A DNA stretch of 20,573 nt from a bacterium. Its GTDB lineage: Bacteria > Hydrothermota > 32-111. Of the stretch, positions 9,671-18,932 are shown piece by piece. The stretch lies in NCBI GenBank assembly GCA_050239825.1, contig JBFXGO010000035.1:4008-24580 (forward strand). The letters run 5' to 3'. The translations under genes and the position numbers were made by a program. The first letter of the stretch is position 1, and every line of letters begins with the position of its first letter. A model generated the notes under the pieces. It saw only the letters and a program-made list of their open reading frames with translations. It was not told where the DNA came from and ran no database searches.

Positions 9671-11214
9671 AAATAAGGACTGTTCTTCTGTCGCTTTACA
9701 ATAAGGATAATATTGAAATCCTTCTTGAACCTCTCAAAAAAAACTCAGCGATTCTCTATGCAACCACTTCGACTGCCGAACATATCAGAAAAATCGGGTA
9801 CGAAGTGCACACGACAGAAGAGATAACAGGCATTTCAAGCATGCTTGACGGTAGAGTGAAGACGCTCAATACAAAATTATTTGCAGGAATACTGGCGAGA
9901 AAGAATTCTGACTCTCTCGAAGGGATAGATGTGCTTTTTGATATGGTTGTCGTTGACCTTTATCCTTTCGAAGAAGCCTTCAAATCAATGAAAGACGCCT
10001 ATGCTGAAGAAGACAAGATGATTGAAAAGATAGATATCGGAGGAATATCGCTCATAAGGGCTGGAGCAAAAAATTATGCAGAAGTGTCGGTAATAAGCGA
10101 CATGGAAGATTATAAGAGGGTGGCTGCAGAATTGACAGAGAATGACTGTGAAATGAGTTTGGAGACGAACAGATACCTTGCTTATAAAGCGTTTAATAAA
10201 ACCGTGTCATACGACTCAGCGATAAGCAGGTATTTTTCGATGATAACAGGACAGACCGAGATGCCAAAGCAGATAAACATCATCCTCAAGAGAGAATCCG
10301 AACTAAGATACGGCGAGAATCCTCATCAGAGAGGTTCTCTATACTCCATTCATCCCGAGTCATTAAGAAGAACCGGACTTCATGATTTGAAAGTTTTTAA
10401 CGGAAAAGAGATGTCTTTTAATAATTATCTCGACCTTGAAGCCGCATTGAACATAGTCGGAATATTCAAAGATCCGACTGCGGCGATAATCAAACATAAT
10501 AATCCCTGCGGAGTTGGAACATCTGATGTGATATCAGAGGCATACGAATATGCATACCTCTCTGATCCAAAATCCGCATACGGAGGCATAGTCGCTCTGA
10601 ACAGGACCTGCGACGGGGAGACAGCCGCAATGATGAAAAATCTCTTTTTGGAAGTCATATACGCCCCCGACTTCACAGATGAAGCGAAAGAGACCCTGAT
10701 GAAAAAGAAAAAACTCAGGCTTGTCGCCGGGAACTATTCAACACACAGAGAACTTGATTTTAGAAATCTCAGCTGTTCTATGCTTGCACAGGATAAAGAC
10801 AGTCTGTTTGACGGAGAGAATCTATTTCAACTTGTGACGGAAAAAGAGCCCACTGAAAAAGAGAGGAAAGCTATGCTTTTCTCATGGAATGTTGCGAGAA
10901 ATGTCAAATCAAACGGAATAGTCATTGCGACCCCCAACAGAACATTCGGAATAGGCGGAGGCCAGACATCAAGGGTTGATGCTGTTGACATAGCAATTAA
11001 AAAGGCAGGCGGTATGTCCGCATACACCGGGGGAAGCGCAGTAGCTTCTGACGGATTCTTTCCTTTCCGCGATTCTATTGATGCAATTTACAAGGCAGGT
11101 ATATATGCAGTCATTCAGCCGGGCGGTTCGGTGAATGACAAAGAGGTTATTGAAGCATGCAATGAGTATCAGATCGCAATGGTCTTCACAAACAAAAGGC
11201 ATTTTAAGCACTGA
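9667..11214 (+). CDS. purH: Bifunctional AICAR transformylase/IMP cyclohydrolase
   Basis: GRVKTL, IDIGG, LRYGENPHQ, SFNNYLD, KHNNPCG, VKSN, SDGFFPFRD, QPGGSV, RHFKH. Confidence 0.97.
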   Translation: MKIRTVLLSLYNKDNIEILLEPLKKNSAILYATTSTAEHIRKIGYEVHTTEEITGISSMLDGRVKTLNTKLFAGILARKNSDSLEGIDVLFDMVVVDLYPFEEAFKSMKDAYAEEDKMIEKIDIGGISLIRAGAKNYAEVSVISDMEDYKRVAAELTENDCEMSLETNRYLAYKAFNKTVSYDSAISRYFSMITGQTEMPKQINIILKRESELRYGENPHQRGSLYSIHPESLRRTGLHDLKVFNGKEMSFNNYLDLEAALNIVGIFKDPTAAIIKHNNPCGVGTSDVISEAYEYAYLSDPKSAYGGIVALNRTCDGETAAMMKNLFLEVIYAPDFTDEAKETLMKKKKLRLVAGNYSTHRELDFRNLSCSMLAQDKDSLFDGENLFQLVTEKEPTEKERKAMLFSWNVARNVKSNGIVIATPNRTFGIGGGQTSRVDAVDIAIKKAGGMSAYTGGSAVASDGFFPFRDSIDAIYKAGIYAVIQPGGSVNDKEVIEACNEYQIAMVFTNKRHFKH

Positions 11215-11216
11215 CT

Positions 11217-12182
11217 ATGGAATTATTTAAAAACAAAAACAAGAAGATAGGGCTTGTGCTTGGAAGCGGATCTGCAAAGGGACTCTCTCACATAGGAGTT
11301 TTCAAAGTGCTGGATGAGTTGGGAATCAAGCCTGCTTTTATAACAGGCGCATCGATGGGGGCACTCCTCGGCGCATTGTATGCGGGCGGCATGAAAGGAA
11401 GGGAGATTCAGGACCTTGTTTCGAAAATTGACAGAAAAGAGCTCCGAAAGCTTTTCAGAGTGACTTTCGACGGACCCGGCTTTATCAACGGGCAATTCAT
11501 TGACGAATATCTTGATGAAATACTGCCGGTTAAAAACATACAGGATTTGTCTGTTCCATTCGGATGCTGCGCATGCAACATACTCGACGGAAGAGAAATT
11601 TCATTTACAAAGGGGTCCCTCACCGATGCCATAAGAGCATCCATATCAATACCGGGAATACTGACACCGCATAAACTCGACGGATATACTCTGGTTGACG
11701 GCGGATTGGCAGACCCTGTGCCCGTATCTCTATGCAGAGTTCTCGGCGCGGACTTTGTGATAGCCGTTAATGTACTCAATACCCCGTGCCTTAAAAATAA
11801 AGTCTACGACTTCCCGGATAAAATAAAAGAGTTAAAGGAGAAGAATGCCGATAAACAGGCCGAGAAGTTTAATGAAAAGTTAAAGCTTTTCATTGTTAAG
11901 GAAATCGAAAATATAGAACTTACGGCTAAGAGAATAGGTTCGATTCTAAATTTGAATGATGAAATTAACATAGTCAATATCATTTCACAGACATATCTGA
12001 TAGCGGAATCCAATCTTGCCAAATTCACGCTGGTAAAGGACAAACCCGATATTCTTGTCGAGCCAGACATGCGTTCCATCAGGCATTTCGATTTTGAAAA
12101 AATGAATGAAGCAATTCTGATAGGCGAAAAAGAGATGTGGAAAGTAGCGGCTCAAAATAAAGACCTTAGTTTTTTAAAATGA
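11217..12182 (+). CDS. Patatin-like phospholipase (RssA/NTE family)
   Basis: LGSGSAKGLSHIG glycine-rich loop, GASMG nucleophile elbow, RASISIPG, LVDGG. Confidence 0.92.
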   Translation: MELFKNKNKKIGLVLGSGSAKGLSHIGVFKVLDELGIKPAFITGASMGALLGALYAGGMKGREIQDLVSKIDRKELRKLFRVTFDGPGFINGQFIDEYLDEILPVKNIQDLSVPFGCCACNILDGREISFTKGSLTDAIRASISIPGILTPHKLDGYTLVDGGLADPVPVSLCRVLGADFVIAVNVLNTPCLKNKVYDFPDKIKELKEKNADKQAEKFNEKLKLFIVKEIENIELTAKRIGSILNLNDEINIVNIISQTYLIAESNLAKFTLVKDKPDILVEPDMRSIRHFDFEKMNEAILIGEKEMWKVAAQNKDLSFLK

Positions 12183-13063
12183 CTTTAAATAATCCTCTTT
12201 TAAAATTTTATGAAAATGGGTGCTCTCTCTGTGGTAGCAGATGTTATGCCGACAGAAGAGTGAAAATCGGTCTCTGCAATGCAAGAGACTCTCTTAGAAT
12301 AGCATCTGCAGCTCTTCATTTCGGCGAAGAGCCGCCAATATCGGGAACAAGAGGCTCAGGGACAATTTTTATGTCCCACTGTTCGATGCACTGCACATAC
12401 TGCCAGAATTACCCAATATCTCAGATGGGTGTCGGCAACATAACCGATTCTTCTGCTTTGTCAGCTAAAATGATTGAGCTTCAGAATAAAAATGCGCAAA
12501 ATATAAATTTTGTGACCCCGACTCACTATTCTTTTCACATCTTTAATGCTGTAAATAATGCAAGAGACAAGGGATTAAGCTTGCCTATAGTGTGGAATAC
12601 ATCATCCTATGAAAATCCCGAAACAGTGGAATATATAAACGAAATTGCAGACATATATCTTGCTGACATCAGATACTCCAATGACAGAGACGCTCTTGAG
12701 TATTCAGGTGTGAACAGTTACACCGAAATTGTTTTCAGGAATATAAAACAGTTTTTCAAATCAAAATCGCACCTTAAGATTGACGAGAACGGATGTGCTG
12801 TCAGAGGATTGCTCATAAGGGTGCTTCTTCTTCCGGGAAAGGTAAATGAATGCAAAGCAATACTTGACTTCATCTCTTCGGAGATAGGCAATAAAACTTA
12901 TGTGTCCCTGATGTCCCAGTATGTGCCTTACTATAAGGCGCATGAACATCCCGAACTTAAAAGAAGAGTGACAAAAGAGGAATATGAACGGGTAATTGAA
13001 CATGCTGAAAAACTAAATCTTGAAAATGCATTCATACAAGAGATTGCATACACGGAGGAGTGA
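12179..13063 (+). CDS. Radical SAM protein, PflX-like family
   Basis: HFGEEPPISGTRGSGTIF, CxxxCxxC (CSMHCTYC)QN, NINFVTPTH, SLMSQY. Confidence 0.88.
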   Translation: MTLNNPLLKFYENGCSLCGSRCYADRRVKIGLCNARDSLRIASAALHFGEEPPISGTRGSGTIFMSHCSMHCTYCQNYPISQMGVGNITDSSALSAKMIELQNKNAQNINFVTPTHYSFHIFNAVNNARDKGLSLPIVWNTSSYENPETVEYINEIADIYLADIRYSNDRDALEYSGVNSYTEIVFRNIKQFFKSKSHLKIDENGCAVRGLLIRVLLLPGKVNECKAILDFISSEIGNKTYVSLMSQYVPYYKAHEHPELKRRVTKEEYERVIEHAEKLNLENAFIQEIAYTEE

Positions 13064-15819
13064 TGTTAAAAGTTGAAGTTCTTGCAAAGTCGCTTGAATT
13101 TGATTCAATGGGCATCAATATGGCAAGGGAGATGAAATCAACAGGTTATAAAATCAACAAAGTGCGCACTTCGACAGTTTATATTTTTGAAAATGAAATA
13201 AACAAAAAATTCATTGAAGAGATTCTGAAGGATGAGATTACGGATGAAATCATCTTTGATTCTAAGAGCGCTTTGAATGGTACGCAATTTATTGATATAT
13301 TTGCGAAGAGAGGAGTGATGGACCCTGTAGCTGAAACTCTCGCTTCATATCTCAAAAAGAGCGGAGTTGACAGCGGACTTATCAGGACTATCAGAAGATT
13401 TTATTTTTATGCCTCAAAGCCCCTGAATGAGAATGAACTGATTTCATTCCTTAAGAACAGGTATTTCAATCCGCTGATAGAAGAACACGGAACAATAACT
13501 TTTCACAAATCCAAAGCGGACAGAAGCTTCAAGGTCAATGAAATTTCCCTGGAATGCGACCTGAATGAACTTTCAAAGAAGATGACTCTATCTCTTACTC
13601 AAAATGAAATGGAGAGAATAAAGGATTATTTTTATAATACAAAAAAGAGAAAACCCACCGACATTGAGCTTGAAACAATAGCCCAGACATGGTCGGAGCA
13701 CTGCGTTCATAAGACAATGAAATCTCCGTATCTTTATAAGAACCTTAAAATCAAAAATCTATTTAAAGAGACTATTGTCAGAGCGACAGAAGAGATAAAA
13801 CATAAAGATGCCGTTTCTGTGTTTTCTGACAATGCGGGAATATTCAAATTTGATGAATTCACAAATGTCTGTTTTAAGGTGGAGACCCACAACCATCCGT
13901 CAGCCCTTGAGCCTTACGGAGGCGCCGGCACCGGTGCTGGGGGAGTCATAAGGGACATTATAGGAACTGGTCTCTCTGCAAAACCTATTGCCAACACAGA
14001 TGTATTCTGCGTGGGCGAATTTAAAAGCAGGGTAGAGGGTGTGATTGAACCGGAAGAAATATTAAATGGAGTAGTATCCGGAGTCAGGGATTACGGAAAT
14101 AGAATGGGCATACCCACTGTTAACGGCGCAGTCTGCTTCCATCCGGATTATCTGGGCAATCCTCTTGTTTTTTGCGGTTCAATAGGAATAATGCCGGCAA
14201 GAAACTCTTTCAAGAGAGTCATGAATAACGACATGATTGTAGTTATAGGAGGAAAGACCGGACGCGACGGAATACACGGAGCTACATTTTCGTCCGTCTC
14301 TCTTACCGACGACTCACAAGAGCTCTCATCAGGAGCAGTGCAGATAGGCAATCCGATTGAAGAGAAGAAGATGCTTGATGCTATACTTGAGGCGGACGGA
14401 CTCTTTACGGCGATAACAGACTGCGGAGCCGGAGGTTTATCATCTGCGGTGGGGGAGATGGGAGAAGACACCGGCGCTGAAGTGTATCTCGACAAAGTGC
14501 CTCTTAAATATGAAGGACTCACTTATGATGAAATATGGATTTCAGAATCGCAGGAGAGAATGGTTTTAAGCGTCAATGAAAGAAATTATGATGAACTGAG
14601 AAAAATTGTTGAGAAGCATAACACAAATATAGCTCATATAGGATACTTCAGAGGTAATGACCTTAAAATATATTTTAAGGAGAAGCTTGTTCTTGATATT
14701 GAAATGTCATTTCTCCATAAGGGAATTCCTCTTTCTGTGAAAAGAGCCAAACCATACAGGAATGCAAAGGAAACAAAAAGTAAAATCAAGATAAATGTCG
14801 AAGAAGCCGCATTCAAAGTAATCGGGCATCCGGATGTAAAATCAAAAGAATGGATAATAAGACAGTATGACCATGAGGTGCAGTCTCAGACATTGGTCAA
14901 GCCTCTTGGAGGAGATACACAGGCAGGGGCTAATGATGCAGCTGTCATTTCGCCCATTGACAAGTCGGAAAAATGTCTTGTAGTGGGGTGCGGAATAAAC
15001 CCGCGGTACGGCGAGCTGAACCCTTTTAAAATGACATATTCCGTCATCGACGAAGCATTGAGGAATGTGCTTTGTCAGGGAGGCGATATTGACCACTCAT
15101 TCATGCTTGACAATTTCTCTTGGGGTAACACCAATAAAGATACGACTCTCGGAGCTCTTGTTGAATCCTGCATGGCATGCAGAGATTACGCTGTTTTACT
15201 CGGCATTCCTTTCATATCGGGAAAGGATTCATTGAATAATTTCTTCATGATGAAGGGAAGGGAGATAGAGATACCTCCGACTCTATTAATTTCAGTTATA
15301 TCAGTAACTGATAAAAATAGAATAAGGTCATCATATTTCAATGATTCGGATTCCTTGATATATCTGTTTGGAGAAAAAACTAAAAATGAACTTCTTGGCT
15401 CGGTTCTCTGTAATTCTTACGGCATAAAAAACGGGATAATGCCTTCAATAAATCCGAAAGAGTCGGTTAAAACGCACAGACTATTAAGCAATCTGAATAA
15501 AACAGCCCTAATAGAAACATGTCACGATATATCAGACGGGGGTCTGCTGACTTCGCTATTTGAGATGTCTCTCGGAAACAAAATAGGGTGCAGTATAAGT
15601 GTTGACACAAAACTTGCATTGGCAGAATTTCTTTTTTCCGAATCTCAGTCGAGGTATCTCATGACAGTACGGAAAGAAAACAGAGAGCTTTTTGACAAGA
15701 TGTCATCCGGAAAAGCAATGCTCATCGGAAGTACAAACTCCACTGAAACAATCTCGATAAAGGGAAAGAAAACTTCAATCAAGTTTGATATTAAAGAGCT
15801 TGAAAAGGTTTACAGGTAA
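13063..15819 (+). CDS. purL: Phosphoribosylformylglycinamidine synthase subunit PurL with N-terminal PurS-like extension
   Basis: QTWSEHC, KVETHNHPSALEPYGGA, GRDGIHGATFSS, DCGAGG, SESQERM, QYDHEV, SGKDS, HDISDGG; ATG 13063 in a TGATG overlap after GGAGG (track start is GTG 13060). Confidence 0.96.
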   Translation: MLKVEVLAKSLEFDSMGINMAREMKSTGYKINKVRTSTVYIFENEINKKFIEEILKDEITDEIIFDSKSALNGTQFIDIFAKRGVMDPVAETLASYLKKSGVDSGLIRTIRRFYFYASKPLNENELISFLKNRYFNPLIEEHGTITFHKSKADRSFKVNEISLECDLNELSKKMTLSLTQNEMERIKDYFYNTKKRKPTDIELETIAQTWSEHCVHKTMKSPYLYKNLKIKNLFKETIVRATEEIKHKDAVSVFSDNAGIFKFDEFTNVCFKVETHNHPSALEPYGGAGTGAGGVIRDIIGTGLSAKPIANTDVFCVGEFKSRVEGVIEPEEILNGVVSGVRDYGNRMGIPTVNGAVCFHPDYLGNPLVFCGSIGIMPARNSFKRVMNNDMIVVIGGKTGRDGIHGATFSSVSLTDDSQELSSGAVQIGNPIEEKKMLDAILEADGLFTAITDCGAGGLSSAVGEMGEDTGAEVYLDKVPLKYEGLTYDEIWISESQERMVLSVNERNYDELRKIVEKHNTNIAHIGYFRGNDLKIYFKEKLVLDIEMSFLHKGIPLSVKRAKPYRNAKETKSKIKINVEEAAFKVIGHPDVKSKEWIIRQYDHEVQSQTLVKPLGGDTQAGANDAAVISPIDKSEKCLVVGCGINPRYGELNPFKMTYSVIDEALRNVLCQGGDIDHSFMLDNFSWGNTNKDTTLGALVESCMACRDYAVLLGIPFISGKDSLNNFFMMKGREIEIPPTLLISVISVTDKNRIRSSYFNDSDSLIYLFGEKTKNELLGSVLCNSYGIKNGIMPSINPKESVKTHRLLSNLNKTALIETCHDISDGGLLTSLFEMSLGNKIGCSISVDTKLALAEFLFSESQSRYLMTVRKENRELFDKMSSGKAMLIGSTNSTETISIKGKKTSIKFDIKELEKVYR

Positions 15820-15822
15820 AAT

Positions 15823-16590
15823 ATGAACAAGTTCAAATCACTAGTCGTGAAAGCCGACGGGTCAAACTGTGAAATAGAGACAGACTTCATTTTAAGAAAA
15901 GTAGGCTTCAAATCTAAAATAATGCACCTTAACACTCTAATGCATGAACCGAAGAGTCTGCTTGACTATTCTTTCATAGTATTTCCCGGAGGATTTTCCT
16001 ATGGGGATTATACGGGAAGCGGAAGAATAGCGGCATCAATCATAAAACACCATCTTCTTGAAAAACTTGAGATATTCATCTCACAGGGCAAACTAATCTT
16101 GGGGATCTGCAACGGATTCCAGATACTCGTAAAATCGGGGATTCTTCCAAACTCATCTCACAACTTCAAGCAGGAGGTTTCTTTGATATTCAATGATTCG
16201 CATAAATATGAAGACAGGTGGGTTAAACTGCAGGTGTCTGACAAAAGCGTATTCACAAAGAACTTTGATAAAACGATTTACCTTCCCGTAGCCCACGGAG
16301 AGGGTAAATTTATCTACGGCGCTGAATGCAAAAACATAAGCGAGCTCACAGTGCTTAGGTACATAGATGAGAAGAACAAACCTACTATGAAGTATCCGCA
16401 GAATCCGAACGGTTCAACAGACGCAATAGCGGCAATAGCGGATAAAAGCGGAAGAGTAATGGGATTAATGCCTCATCCTGAGAGGTTCATCAGGAAAGAG
16501 CAATTCCACACAAATAAATTTGAAACCAGTGAACCACACGGAATAAGATTTTTTGAAAATGCTTTTACATACATAAAGGAGGAGTTGTGA
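15823..16590 (+). CDS. purQ: FGAM synthase glutaminase subunit PurQ
   Basis: GSNCE, PGGFSYGD, LGICNGFQIL (catalytic Cys), AHGEG, NPNGS, MPHPER. Confidence 0.96.
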   Translation: MNKFKSLVVKADGSNCEIETDFILRKVGFKSKIMHLNTLMHEPKSLLDYSFIVFPGGFSYGDYTGSGRIAASIIKHHLLEKLEIFISQGKLILGICNGFQILVKSGILPNSSHNFKQEVSLIFNDSHKYEDRWVKLQVSDKSVFTKNFDKTIYLPVAHGEGKFIYGAECKNISELTVLRYIDEKNKPTMKYPQNPNGSTDAIAAIADKSGRVMGLMPHPERFIRKEQFHTNKFETSEPHGIRFFENAFTYIKEEL

Positions 16591-17954
16591 AACAGTCGAT
16601 TTTCAGGATGTATGATGTGAGAGGAATCGCAGAGACCGAATTGAATGATAATGATGTATACCTCATCGGAAAGGCGTTTGGAACCTACATAAAGAGAAGG
16701 GGAGGGAAGAGCGTTGCATCCGGAATGGATGTGAGGCTGTCAAGCAGTAGAATAAAAACCGCATTCAACAGAGGAGTAATTGAGACAGGAGTCAATATTA
16801 TTGATGTGGGTGTCGTGACTACTCCAATGCTATATTACTCTGAGCATTTTTTCAAATGCGACGGAGGAATAATGGTCACGGGTTCCCATAATCCCATAGA
16901 GTACAATGGTTTGAAGATGGTTGACCCTGAAATAACAATATACGGAGACACAATCACTTCATTTTATGAAATGATAATGAAAAATGATTTTGAGAAGGGA
17001 CAGGGCGCTTTGAAGAATGTTTCAATAGACGAAGAGTATATAATGATGTGCGCTGAAAAGATTAAAATATCATCAAAACTTAGAGTTCTCGTCGACCCGG
17101 GAAACGGCACTGCGGGCCCTGTTGCTGAAAAGATCTTTAAAAAACTTGGAGTTTATGCTGACTTCATCAATAAGGAGAGGGACGGGAGGTTTCCCAACCA
17201 TCTTCCGGACCCGACAGTAATGGAATTCACAGAAGAACTCAGAAGCAAAACAAAGAGCGGAAAATATGACTGCGGAATTGGCTATGACGGAGATTGCGAC
17301 AGAATAGGGCTGATTGACGAAAACGGAGATATGGTCTTTGGCGACCAGATCCTCGGAATTCTCGCCAAAGATATGCTTTCAAGGAATAAGGGAGAGAAGG
17401 TTGTATTTGATGTCAAATGCTCTCAAGGCCTTGAAGAACTCATTTTAAAAGAGGGTGGCAAACCGATGATGCATAAGACAGGGCACTCCCTTTTGAAGAG
17501 AAAGATGAAGGAAGAAAAGGCGCTTCTTGCCGGAGAGATGAGCGGACACATGTTTTTCAATGAAAACTTCTTCGGATTTGATGACGGGTTATTTGCCTCA
17601 CTTCTTGTCCTGCGGATACTCTCCGAGAGAAAAATCAAACTGTCGGAACTTAAAAAGGAGATGCCTTATTATATTTCAACTCCTGAAATAAGAGTTGACA
17701 CTACAGAAGAAGATAAATTTACAATAGTTGACGAGATTGTGAAACACTATAAAAAGGAAGGATACAGAGTGATTGACATTGACGGTGCAAGAGTCTATTT
17801 TGACGGCGGCTGGGCTCTTGTAAGGGCTTCCAACACTCAGCCGATACTTGTGGTCAGATTTGAGGCAAAGACAAAAGAACAGATGGAGACAATAAGACAG
17901 AATGTCAGAGATGTACTCTCAAAATACAAATCGGTGGATTTAAGAAATGTATAA
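16587..17954 (+). CDS. Phosphomannomutase/phosphoglucomutase (alpha-D-phosphohexomutase)
   Basis: YDVRG, TGSHNP phosphoserine loop, DGDCDR metal loop, GEMSGH, RASNTQP; GTG start after AAGGAGGAG. Confidence 0.95.
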   Translation: MKQSIFRMYDVRGIAETELNDNDVYLIGKAFGTYIKRRGGKSVASGMDVRLSSSRIKTAFNRGVIETGVNIIDVGVVTTPMLYYSEHFFKCDGGIMVTGSHNPIEYNGLKMVDPEITIYGDTITSFYEMIMKNDFEKGQGALKNVSIDEEYIMMCAEKIKISSKLRVLVDPGNGTAGPVAEKIFKKLGVYADFINKERDGRFPNHLPDPTVMEFTEELRSKTKSGKYDCGIGYDGDCDRIGLIDENGDMVFGDQILGILAKDMLSRNKGEKVVFDVKCSQGLEELILKEGGKPMMHKTGHSLLKRKMKEEKALLAGEMSGHMFFNENFFGFDDGLFASLLVLRILSERKIKLSELKKEMPYYISTPEIRVDTTEEDKFTIVDEIVKHYKKEGYRVIDIDGARVYFDGGWALVRASNTQPILVVRFEAKTKEQMETIRQNVRDVLSKYKSVDLRNV

Positions 17955-18045
17955 ACTGATAGGCATAATACATGTTTCTAAAACAAATCCTGAAACCGCC
18001 GACAGCATGGAAAAGATAATGGATTTTATCAATAAATATTTATGA
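17947..18045 (+). CDS. Unannotated 32-aa small ORF or gene remnant (MYKLIGIIHVSKTNPETADSMEKIMDFINKYL)
   Basis: Fills the only sizeable gap in the operon; 8-nt overlap with the PMM stop (ATGTATAA) and ATGA overlap with the acylphosphatase start. Confidence 0.5.
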   Translation: MYKLIGIIHVSKTNPETADSMEKIMDFINKYL

Positions 18046-18311
18046 AGAGCAAAAAGATTATAGTAAAAGGCCGCGTTCAGGGAATAGGGTACAGATACTT
18101 TGTTAGAGATGAAGCCGGTAAAATCGGCATAAAGGGTTGGGTTAAAAACCTTTCCAATGGGAATGTCCTTATTCTCGCTCAGGGAGAGAAAACGGATGTT
18201 GATGATTTTATTGAAAGGGTAAAAGTCGGAAATGTCTATGCAAGAATTGATGAGATCGAAATCAGAGATGCAGGTGAAGAGGATTTAATTGATTTTCAAA
18301 TCAAATACTAA
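18042..18311 (+). CDS. acyP: Acylphosphatase
   Basis: GRVQGIGYR, GWVKNLSNGNV, 89 aa. Confidence 0.94.
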   Translation: MKSKKIIVKGRVQGIGYRYFVRDEAGKIGIKGWVKNLSNGNVLILAQGEKTDVDDFIERVKVGNVYARIDEIEIRDAGEEDLIDFQIKY

Positions 18312-18321
18312 TGGAGGAAAA

Positions 18322-18834
18322 ATGGATATTTCAAAAATTGTGCGCGATGTTCCGGATTTCCCGATAAAGGGAATAGTGTTCAAGGACATAACTCCTGTGC
18401 TTCAGGATGAAAAGGCTTTCAGCGAAGCTATAAGAATGATGGATGAAAAAATTGATTTTTCCAAGGTTGACAAGATTGCGGGAATAGAATCAAGAGGATT
18501 CATATTCGGCAGTATTCTTGCATATAAACACAATAAAGGTTTCGTGCCTATAAGAAAGAAAGGCAAGCTTCCTTATGCAACAATTGAAGAGACATACGCT
18601 CTTGAATACGGCGAGGCAACGATAGAGATGCACACTGACGCTGTTGCAAAAGGCGAAAGAGTATTGATAGTGGATGACCTTCTTGCAACCGGAGGAACCA
18701 CAAAGGCGACAGCCACTTTGATAGAGCGCTCCGGCGGAACCATAGAGGGAATGCTTTTTCTGATTGAGCTTGATTCCCTGGAAGGAAGAAAAAAGGTTGA
18801 AAAATATAGAATTTCAAGTATAATACACTATTAA
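18322..18834 (+). CDS. apt: Adenine phosphoribosyltransferase
   Basis: DFPIKGIVFKDITP, ESRGF, RKKGKLP, YALEYG, VDDLLATGGT; start moved to ATG 18322 after GGAGG. Confidence 0.97.
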   Translation: MDISKIVRDVPDFPIKGIVFKDITPVLQDEKAFSEAIRMMDEKIDFSKVDKIAGIESRGFIFGSILAYKHNKGFVPIRKKGKLPYATIEETYALEYGEATIEMHTDAVAKGERVLIVDDLLATGGTTKATATLIERSGGTIEGMLFLIELDSLEGRKKVEKYRISSIIHY

Positions 18835-18842
18835 ATAAAAAC

Positions 18843-18915
18843 GCCCCTGTAGCTCAGTGGATAGAGCATTTGTTTCCTAAACAAAGGGCCACAAGTTCGA
18901 TTCTTGTCAGGGGCA
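18843..18915 (+). tRNA. tRNA-Arg(CCT), 3' CCA not encoded
   Basis: Cloverleaf: GCCCCTG/CAGGGGC acceptor, GCTC/GAGC D stem with A20, TTTGT/ACAAA anticodon stem with loop TTCCTAA (CCT at 18876-18878), ACAAG-TTCGATT-CTTGT T arm. Confidence 0.96.
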
Positions 18916-18932
18916 GATAAAAAGGAGTTGAA

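Noticed and set aside
18289..18321. N-terminal extension of Apt
   Set aside because: Overlaps acyP; GGAGG supports ATG 18322
18843..18915. tRNA as an integration site for an island or prophage
   Set aside because: No duplicated tRNA 3' end, integrase or foreign genes seen in the window
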